38,391 nt of DNA, taken from NCBI GenBank assembly GCA_040217665.1, contig JBEHWP010000003.1, forward strand, positions 1 through 38,391. The letters run 5' to 3'. Under the pieces are notes generated by a model. The model worked only from the letters and a program-made list of their open reading frames with translations. It had not been told where the DNA came from and did not search any database. This document shows positions 28,039 to 36,347 of this stretch, piece by piece. The position numbers were made by a program, and so were the translations under genes. The stretch comes from Vulcanimicrobiota bacterium. GTDB taxonomy: Bacteria > Vulcanimicrobiota > SpSt-956 > JAKJGF01. Within the stretch, counting starts at the first letter, position 1; the number at the start of each line of letters is the position of its first letter.

Positions 28039-29313
28039 TTACCCGAAATGGCAACCGCTCCGCTTCTTCAGTAACTCTATTAAATCATCTATTTTTACCG
28101 AAATCTGATCGCCTTTTTTCATATCTCTTACTATAACTTCTTTCTGTTCAAGTTCCCTGTCGCCTATTATTATAGCAAGAGGAATATTCATCTTATTTAC
28201 AAGATTTAACTGTCCCTTAAGTCCTCTGTCACTTACGGACAGTTCTGCTGAAATAAACTGTTCTTCTCTTATTTTTGTAACAAGTTCAACACCGTATAAA
28301 GATGCTTCTTTACCGAGAGGAATGACCATGAGACCGGTTTCCTGTAGCGGGCCAAAAGATAATCCCTGTTTTTCCATAACCATAATAACCCTTTCAAGTC
28401 CTGCTGCAACACCGACACCGGGAGCGGGCTTTCCTCCAAGAACTTCCATAAGATTATCATATCTTCCGCCGCCGCATAAAGAGCTCTGAGCACCGAGATC
28501 CTGAGAAACAACTTCAAATACTGTTTTTGTATAATAATCAAGACCTCTCACAAGGGTATGCTCAATATTATAGGATATATTAATTTTATCCAGACAGGTC
28601 GTAACGGTGTTAAAATGATCCTTACATGGCTGACAGATTGTCTCAAGAGTGGAAGGACATTTAGCGGCAATCTCTCTGCAACCTTCATTTTTACAATCAA
28701 GTATTCTGAAAGGATTCCTTTCAAAACGGCTCCTGCAATTATCACAGAGTGAAGCCAGATTATTTCTGCAAAATTCTATTATCTTTTCTCTGGAATCAGG
28801 TCTGCACAGGGCACAACCTATACTGTTAAGACTTACAGATAATCCTTTAAGCCCGAGCTTCTTATAAAATCTAAAAATTAAATCTATAACTTCCACATCC
28901 AGAAGAGGGCTGTCAGAGCCTATTACTTCTATTCCAAGTTGATGGGCCTGACGATATCTTCCATGTTGAGGCCTTTCATACCTGAAAATAGGACCTGCAT
29001 AAAATAATTTCAAAGGAGGAAAAAGGGACATATTATGTTCAATAACAGAACGCATAACAGGAGCAGTCCATTCAGGTCTGAGAGTAAGACTCCTTCCTTT
29101 TTTATCCAGAAAGGTGTACATTTCTTTTTCTACAATATCAGTTGTTTCACCGATACCACGGCTAAAAAGTTCCGTATGTTCAAAAACTGGTGTCCTGATT
29201 TCTTTGTAGCCGTATAAAAAAGAGAATTTCCTGAATAAATCTTCTATATATTGCCACTTTTCCACAGTTCCAGGCAGTATGTCAACAGTTCCTCTTGGTA
29301 CTTTACAGAGCAT
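28039..29313 (-). CDS. hisS: Histidine--tRNA ligase
   Basis: PRGTVD, IVEKEMYTF, LRPEWTAP, FRYERPQ, LVRGLDYY, GGGRYD. Confidence 0.97.
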   Translation of the reverse strand: MLCKVPRGTVDILPGTVEKWQYIEDLFRKFSFLYGYKEIRTPVFEHTELFSRGIGETTDIVEKEMYTFLDKKGRSLTLRPEWTAPVMRSVIEHNMSLFPPLKLFYAGPIFRYERPQHGRYRQAHQLGIEVIGSDSPLLDVEVIDLIFRFYKKLGLKGLSVSLNSIGCALCRPDSREKIIEFCRNNLASLCDNCRSRFERNPFRILDCKNEGCREIAAKCPSTLETICQPCKDHFNTVTTCLDKINISYNIEHTLVRGLDYYTKTVFEVVSQDLGAQSSLCGGGRYDNLMEVLGGKPAPGVGVAAGLERVIMVMEKQGLSFGPLQETGLMVIPLGKEASLYGVELVTKIREEQFISAELSVSDRGLKGQLNLVNKMNIPLAIIIGDRELEQKEVIVRDMKKGDQISVKIDDLIELLKKRSGCHFG

Positions 29314-29380
29314 TTTTTATAAACCTCTCAATATTTTTTTGCTGACCTGAGCATGAGCATATATAGTATATTTAAGTTGT

Positions 29381-29450
29381 CGTGACGCGTAACATGTAAC
29401 GCGTGACGGGTTTAATCCCTGAGCATCACACGTTACGCTTTACACATTAC
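29381..29450. repeat. Heptamer fold-back element in the hisS leader
   Basis: CGTGACG CGTAACA TGTAACG CGTGACG, centre GGGTTTAATCCC, then CATCACA CGTTACG CTTTACA CATTAC. Confidence 0.85.
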
Positions 29451-29520
29451 CAGGTTATTATTTATGGATAGCTATAAACCTGACTATAATAAAAACTCAT
29501 CTCAATAAAAACATTATCAA

Positions 29521-29549
29521 ATTATACAGGATTTTTTTTATTATTGCAA
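29521..29549 (-). promoter_or_regulatory. Sigma70-type promoter for hisS
   Basis: Minus strand TTGCAA-17 bp-TATAAT. Confidence 0.7.
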
Positions 29550-29558
29550 TTAATAAAT

Positions 29559-29587
29559 AAAAAATCGCTCTGATTTCTTCAGAGCGA
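29559..29587 (-). terminator. Intrinsic terminator downstream of the aldehyde dehydrogenase gene
   Basis: Minus strand TCGCTCTGA-AGAAA-TCAGAGCGA-TTTTTT. Confidence 0.8.
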
Positions 29588-29722
29588 CAGGTGCAAAATT
29601 AGCCTTTGTAATATATTATTCTTGTTAATTACTCATAAGAATTATACCGGTAAAAATTTAAAAAACTGTTTTTAAATGTAAAAAAATGTAAAATTTTAGC
29701 TCATTTTACAGTCTGACTTTTT

Positions 29723-31150
29723 TCATATACTCATATTTAAAACAAGTAATTTAAGTTCCGTCATTTCTTCTATAGCATACCTGAGCCCTTCTCTTCCGAA
29801 ACCAGATTCCTTTATACCTCCGTAAGGCATGTGATCTGCCCTGAAAGTAGATAAATCATTGATTATTACCCCTCCTGTTTCTATATGTTCAAAAGCGTAA
29901 AAGATTTTCTTTATATCACCGGTAAAAACCCCGCACTGAAGTCCGAAGATTGAATTATTAACCATATCTACTGCTTCCTTAAAATCTTCATAAGCCATAA
30001 TAGATACAAGAGGCGAAAAGGCTTCTTCACAGAATACCTTCATTGAAGGTTTTACCTCTGTAAGAACTGCAGGTTCTACCATATTACCACCTGTCGGCTT
30101 GCCTCCGAGTAACAATCTGGCTCCTCCACTGAGAGCATCTTCTATAAAGCTCATAGCCTTATCCTTTCCTGCAGAATTAACAAGGGGGCCAATATCTGTA
30201 TTTTCATCAAAAGGATCGCCTGTTTTCAGTTTTTTAGTTTCTTCTATAAATTTATCCAGAAAAGTCTGGAAAATCTTATTCTGGACGAAAATCCTCTGAA
30301 CCGATATACACACCTGGCCGGAAAAAGAAAAGCTGCCTGTAACACATCTCTTTACTGCAAAATCAACATCACTGTCATTATGGACTATAACACCTGCATT
30401 GCCTCCCAGTTCAAGAGTCACCTGTTTTTTAGTAGCCAGACTTTTAAGATGCCACCCCACAGGAGGACTTCCTGTAAAAGAAAGAACTTTCACTCTGTGG
30501 TCTGAAGCAAGTTTTTCTGCTATACGGGAAGGACAGCAGAGAGCATTTACTGCACCTTTCGGAAAATCTGTTTCTCCTATTATTCCTGCAAGTTTAAGAG
30601 CAGTCATTGGAGTCTGGGAAGATGGTTTCATAATTACAGAGTTTCCCGCTGCAATTGCAGGAGCAACTTTGTGGGCTACCAGATTAAGAGGGAAATTAAA
30701 GGGGGAAATGGCTGCCACCGGCCCCCTGGGGAATCTCCCTGTTATTGCCTTTCTGCCGGCAGATGCCGGGATAATATCAAGAGGAAAATATTCACCGTTT
30801 ACTCTGGATACTTCTTCAGATGCCAGATTGAAGGTGTTTACGGCTCTGTCCACTTCAACCCGTGAATCCTTTATCGGTTTCCCCGCTTCCAGGGTTATAA
30901 GTTTTGCAAAATCTTCTTTTTCTTCCTTTATTCTACGTGCTATATACTTTAAAATTTCTACTTTCTTATAAACAGGAAGTTTTTTTGTAAGATTAAATGA
31001 ACTGGATGCACAGGCAATGGCTTCTTCCAGTTCCTCATATCCTGCCTGAGATACCTTTCCTGCAACCTCTCCGCTATAAGGATTAATTACATCGAGTTTA
31101 ACAGAAGAATCTACATAGGTACCGTTTATAAAATTTTCAAATTCCAGCAT
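29723..31150 (-). CDS. NAD(P)-dependent aldehyde dehydrogenase (lactaldehyde dehydrogenase/GapN-like)
   Basis: ISPFNFPLNL, KPSSQTP, FTGS, LELGGN, GQVCIS, EEAFSP, PYGGIKESGFGREG; start moved to ATG 31150 (AAAGGAGA). Confidence 0.95.
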   Translation of the reverse strand: MLEFENFINGTYVDSSVKLDVINPYSGEVAGKVSQAGYEELEEAIACASSSFNLTKKLPVYKKVEILKYIARRIKEEKEDFAKLITLEAGKPIKDSRVEVDRAVNTFNLASEEVSRVNGEYFPLDIIPASAGRKAITGRFPRGPVAAISPFNFPLNLVAHKVAPAIAAGNSVIMKPSSQTPMTALKLAGIIGETDFPKGAVNALCCPSRIAEKLASDHRVKVLSFTGSPPVGWHLKSLATKKQVTLELGGNAGVIVHNDSDVDFAVKRCVTGSFSFSGQVCISVQRIFVQNKIFQTFLDKFIEETKKLKTGDPFDENTDIGPLVNSAGKDKAMSFIEDALSGGARLLLGGKPTGGNMVEPAVLTEVKPSMKVFCEEAFSPLVSIMAYEDFKEAVDMVNNSIFGLQCGVFTGDIKKIFYAFEHIETGGVIINDLSTFRADHMPYGGIKESGFGREGLRYAIEEMTELKLLVLNMSI

Positions 31151-31195
31151 AAAATCTCCTTTTTCAATTTTATAGTTACGTTCATAATAAATAGC

Positions 31196-31350
31196 CGTGA
31201 CCCGTGGCAGGTGGTGCGTGATGAGTGATGCGTAATGCGTAATGCGTAATGCGTAATGCGTGGCCTCACCGGTACCGGGCAAACACAGAGGGTCGCCCTT
31301 ACTCACTCTTCATTCTTCACCCTTCACTTTTCTCTACTCACCACTCACCA
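31196..31350. repeat. Longest mosaic element: about 10 GT(G/A)A heptamers + REP-like hairpin + TCAC-arm heptamers
   Basis: Includes (CGTAATG)x4, then TCACCGGTACC GGGCAAACACAGAGGGTCGCCCTTAC, then TCACTCT TCATTCT TCACCCT TCACTTT ... TCACCAC TCACCA. Confidence 0.9.
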
Positions 31351-31356
31351 AAATTA

Positions 31357-33216
31357 TCATAATTCCTGCCATGAATATATTGTGAGTATAGGTTTCACAG
31401 GAATCTTACCTGATCTCTGATTAAAATATTCTTCATAAAGAATGATGGAAGAAGCACCGTTTAACCTGACATCACCATTATGGCCCTGAGGAGAAACACC
31501 TGTCTTCTTCCTGGTGATAACATTGCCTACAATTCTAACAGGCCACCATGCGTAAGTCCCCGGCAAGGTAGTGGTATAAAAATCACCATGCGTAAAAAAT
31601 ACTCCCTGAAGAAAAACATCATTTGCACCTGTATAAAGACTGGGATTATATTTAAAGGTGTCCCAGCTTATTTGCTCTATCCAGTTTGAACATTCGGAAG
31701 GCATGTATTTAAACCAGTATGCAACATCATCAGGTACCGGTTTTAAACCTTTATCTACGAGTTTATAATTTGCAACTCCCTGCAGAATCTGTCTTCCGCT
31801 GATACCGGGGAAGCCTACAAGAGCCTTGGAAATATTACTGTTATTGTACCATGCCGTAGCCGTAGCTGCATCCACCTCCTGAAGTCCTAACATATTGAAT
31901 ACTTCAGCAACTTTCATGATATCCTCCGGTGCTTTCTGATACCACTCGTCCACCATACCGGTCCACTCCCAGCTCCTAAGAACATGACCTATACTTATAT
32001 CACCATCTGTAAATACGGCAACACCGTGTGAGTTTCTCCGGTCTACAGTATACTGATTGACTTCACCTATCTTTAAAGCCATCCCTCTCATATTAGGATC
32101 AGGATTATTGGGGTCTACATAACCGGCAACATATATATTTCCGTAAGAACTATTAAGTATAGTGCCATCTATTTTCAGTATACCATTTACAAATAAACTG
32201 GCATTGTTAATCAAATGAATGTTTCCCTCTATATTCCCCGACATGGTATCACCGGCTACGTAAAGACTGCCATTTACAAAGGTATTATGCTCTACAGTTA
32301 AACGACCTCCATGATAATATGTCCAATTGTCTCCTATATCAGGGTCTACATTGAATGAAGGGCGGCATATACTGTTAGCATCCATGCCTGAAGGTTCTGT
32401 TGGATAAGCTACAGGCGTATAAACAGCAACAGGATCTCCATCTGTTAAATTCGGATCATTGAGGTTCCAGTCTACAAGTCCTATTATATCTATCTGATTC
32501 GGCTCAAGAAATCTCTGATCTATTGTCACGCCGGACGAAGGGGCAGGTATATCTCCGTTGGTGCAGAGAAGACTTCCGTTCAGAATACTATATCTGTTCA
32601 GATTATTATAAGTAATATCTCCATGAGAATAAAGGGTCCCCGGTCCTGGACTCAGGGTATTAATATTTTCAATACCTGTTACCAGAATTCTGTCATCACT
32701 TAAAGATATTGAGCCATCAACACCTGAACCGAAATATGTGTGTTTAACAGTTACTTTAACAGTTCTCTTAAAACCATTGTATTCACCCTGTCCTACAATC
32801 AGGGCAGTTTCTCCGTAAATATCAGTACCTGTAAGAGACGGGTAAAAAGAAGGACCTCCTATTACAGTTCCTTTTTGCGGATTATTGAGATTATCGACAT
32901 AAGCGACTTTACATTTTCCCTTGAGTCCGTTCATACCGGTTATATCTCTGGTAATAAAGGACATGGAAGACGGGGGCCCTGGCATATACCCGGGGCCCCA
33001 CGCAGTAACAGAGGCCCAGTCAGTTTCAAGCTCATATATGCCATACATACAGGCAGAATTCGCAAGGTTAAGAGCCTGAAATCTGGAATTGATATTTCCC
33101 ATAGTTCTTATACTTCCTGTACTCAGAGTAACTATAGATAAAGAAATAATCAGTAAAATTACCATTACACACAGTACGGTAAAAAGAACTATACCATGCT
33201 TCTTAAAATATTTCAT
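31357..33216 (-). CDS. PilX/GspK-like large minor pilin
   Basis: KKHG|IVLFTVLCVMVILL hydrophobic N-terminus lacking E5, QALNLANSA motif, beta-rich C-terminal region; ATG 33216 after AGAGGTG. Confidence 0.7.
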   Translation of the reverse strand: MKYFKKHGIVLFTVLCVMVILLIISLSIVTLSTGSIRTMGNINSRFQALNLANSACMYGIYELETDWASVTAWGPGYMPGPPSSMSFITRDITGMNGLKGKCKVAYVDNLNNPQKGTVIGGPSFYPSLTGTDIYGETALIVGQGEYNGFKRTVKVTVKHTYFGSGVDGSISLSDDRILVTGIENINTLSPGPGTLYSHGDITYNNLNRYSILNGSLLCTNGDIPAPSSGVTIDQRFLEPNQIDIIGLVDWNLNDPNLTDGDPVAVYTPVAYPTEPSGMDANSICRPSFNVDPDIGDNWTYYHGGRLTVEHNTFVNGSLYVAGDTMSGNIEGNIHLINNASLFVNGILKIDGTILNSSYGNIYVAGYVDPNNPDPNMRGMALKIGEVNQYTVDRRNSHGVAVFTDGDISIGHVLRSWEWTGMVDEWYQKAPEDIMKVAEVFNMLGLQEVDAATATAWYNNSNISKALVGFPGISGRQILQGVANYKLVDKGLKPVPDDVAYWFKYMPSECSNWIEQISWDTFKYNPSLYTGANDVFLQGVFFTHGDFYTTTLPGTYAWWPVRIVGNVITRKKTGVSPQGHNGDVRLNGASSIILYEEYFNQRSGKIPVKPILTIYSWQEL

Positions 33217-33434
33217 TAAGTTCACCTCTGATTTACTGGAAATTGTATGTGTCTATACGTTTAAAGATTTCTTAAAAATAGTCTATATATAAATTCTAGT
33301 CTATAAGCTTCAGATAGTCAAGATTTTTTCTTCAACTGATTTTTAATAAAATATATGTTAAACATGATAATAATTTGATATAATAAATTACAGTATTATC
33401 ATTACAAATATATAAGGAATAACTGATAATTACA

Positions 33435-34100
33435 ATGATTATTAAATCAAAAAAAGGTTTATCTTTAATAGAAATTTTAATTTCAATGATAATTCTTCTC
33501 ACAGGTGTGCTGATAACATTCGGTGTTATAGCCCAGGGACTTATGATGATAAAAAAAGGTGAAAATATTACTATAGCTTCAAATCTTGCCATGGCTCAAT
33601 TCGAGGTTTATAAAGAAAATTTTCACATGATTCCTTTTTATCCCGGTATAGCTGATATAAACAACAGTAACTATTATTATCCTGACAGAGGAGATGCAAA
33701 TGATCCGAATCAAACGGGGAAATTTGTCCATCATGAAGCAAATACTTCTGCTCTTCCGGGAGGAGACAGTGCCTATTACGGTGCAAAGGGAGACAGTGCA
33801 AATTTTTACAGCAGAGCCAATCCTAACGGAGACATTACGACTCCTCCTTATTATGATCTCAATCAGGACGGATTTCCCAATGATATAATTGAGCCCTTTA
33901 AACCTGTAAACATAAAAAATGTAATATTTACACCTGTTGTTGAAGTAAAGTCATGGGATAATGGTTATAATATAAATAAAATAAAACATCTGGTTGTTAC
34001 CGTATACTGGAAAGAAAGAGATGCTGCAGGTATGACATCACATTTAAAACATGTTTCTTTTGAAGGATTTATTACAAGAACAAAACCGGATCCCTGGTAA
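33435..34100 (+). CDS. Type IV prepilin-like protein (PilV/GspI-like)
   Basis: KKG|LSLIEILISMIILL prepilin peptidase motif; C-terminal LVVTVYW; TAAGGA upstream. Confidence 0.85.
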   Translation: MIIKSKKGLSLIEILISMIILLTGVLITFGVIAQGLMMIKKGENITIASNLAMAQFEVYKENFHMIPFYPGIADINNSNYYYPDRGDANDPNQTGKFVHHEANTSALPGGDSAYYGAKGDSANFYSRANPNGDITTPPYYDLNQDGFPNDIIEPFKPVNIKNVIFTPVVEVKSWDNGYNINKIKHLVVTVYWKERDAAGMTSHLKHVSFEGFITRTKPDPW

Positions 34101-34102
34101 TG

Positions 34103-34846
34103 TCAATTATTAGCAGGCTTTACATCGGTAGTCAGAACAGTCTGTTCATAGATATCCTTACCGTTTGCATCTGTCCCCTGTTTAACCCTGGCATCGACTG
34201 TAATATGTACCACCGGTATACCTACATTAACAAGAGAAGGATTATATAAATCAAATTCTATACTATAAATCTCTTTTGCTATTTTTCTGTCATCTGTAAT
34301 AGAGCCTGAGGAAACACTGTAGGCAGGAGGGCAACTGAGAGGATAAGATGGTTTAAGGAAATATTCGAGTTTATCCTTCGGAACTGCTTCAGGATATAAA
34401 GAATTTGCCGGGTGACCTGTAACCTGAATTACCCTTCTATAAACCTCTTTTGTTCCCATTTTTTTGAAATAAACTACATATCTGTTCCACTCTAATTTAC
34501 CGTTCTTCATATTTGTATTACCTGATGCATCATCATTATTTCTGGAGGTAGGAAAACAGATTGCATCCCATATTTCATTCGGATCTCCTCCGTTGTCATG
34601 GCTTTTTTTTATTGCTATACCTGGCTCATAACTTTCATTTAATTCCCTGCAGAGTCTGTCAATAGACATCTGTGCTTCCTGCTGTGTTACCAGTTTATTC
34701 CTGGATCTATGAAAAGCTTTTATTCCCTGAACACATATCGTACCTATGGCAGAAAGAAATATACCGAACAGAAATATGACAATCAATAATTCTATAACAG
34801 TAAAAGCTTTTTTATCTTCTTTTACCTGTTTAATATTTATTATCAT
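34103..34846 (-). CDS. Type IV prepilin-like protein (PilW/GspJ-like)
   Basis: KKA|FTVIELLIVIFLF, QQEAQMSIDRLCREL, C-terminal LTTDVKPAN. Confidence 0.85.
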   Translation of the reverse strand: MIINIKQVKEDKKAFTVIELLIVIFLFGIFLSAIGTICVQGIKAFHRSRNKLVTQQEAQMSIDRLCRELNESYEPGIAIKKSHDNGGDPNEIWDAICFPTSRNNDDASGNTNMKNGKLEWNRYVVYFKKMGTKEVYRRVIQVTGHPANSLYPEAVPKDKLEYFLKPSYPLSCPPAYSVSSGSITDDRKIAKEIYSIEFDLYNPSLVNVGIPVVHITVDARVKQGTDANGKDIYEQTVLTTDVKPANN

Positions 34847-34882
34847 TTGAACACCTGTATGTGAAATTATAAATCTAGTGGA

Positions 34883-34953
34883 TGCTCTCGTAACGCTTAA
34901 AGCGTGACGGATATAAGACCTTTACTACATGCTTATGGTCAGGTCAATAATTA
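34883..34953. repeat. Dispersed intergenic repeat, copy 2 (71 bp)
   Basis: Matches 14658-14721 with a 7-bp insertion TTAAAGC. Confidence 0.85.
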
Positions 34954-35127
34954 CATATAAAATACTGTAATATTTATTCCTTCAGAATAAATATATTTTA
35001 TTTTACAGTAAAAGTCAAGCATGTAGATTGCGTTAAAAATCGTAAAAAAACACTTTTTCAGGCATTAGTCCGTGTTATAAAAAGCAAATTTATGATATAA
35101 TTTCATCATTATTCAAATCATAAAGGA

Positions 35128-36288
35128 GTGATTTTTTTGCTTTATCAGGTAATTTTATTTCTATTTATCTATATGCTCTCATGGTGTCCGTCTGTATCAG
35201 CAGATGAAATACACGGAAACACAGTAGCACAGAAAGGGCAATCCACCACCTATAAAGAAAAAGCGGCAAAAGCCCTTGAACATTTTGAAAAAGGTAAGGA
35301 AGCCTATATGGCAAATAATTTTGAAACTGCTGAAATTGAACTCAGGCAGGCTCTTGCCCTTAATTCAAAACTTTCGGAAGGGCACCTCTATCTTGGCAGG
35401 ACCCTTGCAGCAGTGAAAAGATATGATGAAGCAATAGGAGAACTGGAAATATATTCCCGCTCCCATTACAATGAGCCGGAAATTTATACGGAAATAGCCC
35501 TTATATATGAAAAAAAGAGTAATTTCCCGAAAGCTATGACTTATTATAAATATGCCCTGAGTGCCTATCCCGAATTTAATAATATATTTCATAAAGATCT
35601 CGTATCTACCGACAGTGAAATTAATCTTTTAGAACATAAGCTGAAAGATAATGATTATGATAATGAAACAAGAATAAAACTGTTTCTTATTTACGAAAAG
35701 AAGGCAAGATTATCAAAAGCAATATATCATATAAAAAAAATTCTCTCTTCTCTCAACAGGGACTCTGTTCTTAATAAAGACAGAGTATATACGGTGGAAG
35801 ATTACAAAGAAGAAGGTATAAAATCCCTGGAAAAAAAAGAGTTTGATAAATCATTAAACGAGTTTACCTGTGCCCTTCAATTAGATCCGAAAGCTATGGA
35901 ATGTTATTATTATATGGCTGTAGCGTATGAAGCACTGAAAGACTATAAAAATGCTCTTGAATGCTTTAAACTCTATACCTATTATGCCAGTGCTTCTGCA
36001 GAAAATCTTCACGATTGTTACAGAAGAATGGGGGAAATTTATGAAAAACTCGGAAATTACCGGGAAGCTCTTTCCCGATATAAATATTCCCTTAACTGTA
36101 TCCCTGAATATACAGAGATGTTTAAAATAAAAGTAGATATAAGCGATAAAGAAATAAAGAGACTGAAAAGTAAACTTAAGACAGAGCCTGATGACATAGA
36201 AACAATGGTTAAACTCGCTATTATATATGAACAAAAAGGTAAATTTCAGGAAGCTCTTAAGTTTTATAAAGTGCTTATCAAGAAGTAA
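35128..36288 (+). CDS. Exported tetratricopeptide-repeat protein
   Basis: Hydrophobic N-terminus ending VSA; TPR patterns (EGHLYLGRTLAAVKRYDEAI); two homologous halves; exact start uncertain. Confidence 0.87.
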   Translation: MIFLLYQVILFLFIYMLSWCPSVSADEIHGNTVAQKGQSTTYKEKAAKALEHFEKGKEAYMANNFETAEIELRQALALNSKLSEGHLYLGRTLAAVKRYDEAIGELEIYSRSHYNEPEIYTEIALIYEKKSNFPKAMTYYKYALSAYPEFNNIFHKDLVSTDSEINLLEHKLKDNDYDNETRIKLFLIYEKKARLSKAIYHIKKILSSLNRDSVLNKDRVYTVEDYKEEGIKSLEKKEFDKSLNEFTCALQLDPKAMECYYYMAVAYEALKDYKNALECFKLYTYYASASAENLHDCYRRMGEIYEKLGNYREALSRYKYSLNCIPEYTEMFKIKVDISDKEIKRLKSKLKTEPDDIETMVKLAIIYEQKGKFQEALKFYKVLIKK

Positions 36289-36347
36289 TAGAGTAAAAAG
36301 TAAAAAATGAATAAAACGAAATTTTACTCAATACTCATTCTTAAAAA

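Noticed and set aside
29314-29722. T-box riboswitch upstream of hisS (also checked upstream of aspS)
   Set aside because: No GGTGG-ACC T-box motif, and the terminator lies upstream of the hisS promoter rather than in the leader
24450-31306. Shared peptide YALRITH at the N-termini of the GT2 and aldehyde dehydrogenase ORFs as a targeting motif
   Set aside because: It is the translation of (CATTACG)n arrays upstream of the probable true starts (24449 and 31150)
1495-31350. Intergenic fold-backs as integron attC sites
   Set aside because: No consistent RYYYAAC/GTTRRRY ends, no integrase, and the flanking genes are housekeeping
33421-34116. Recombinase inverted repeats flanking the inverted pilin gene
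   Set aside because: Only a weak AT-rich resemblance (CTGATAATTACA versus CTAATAATTGACA), compatible with chance; no invertase nearby
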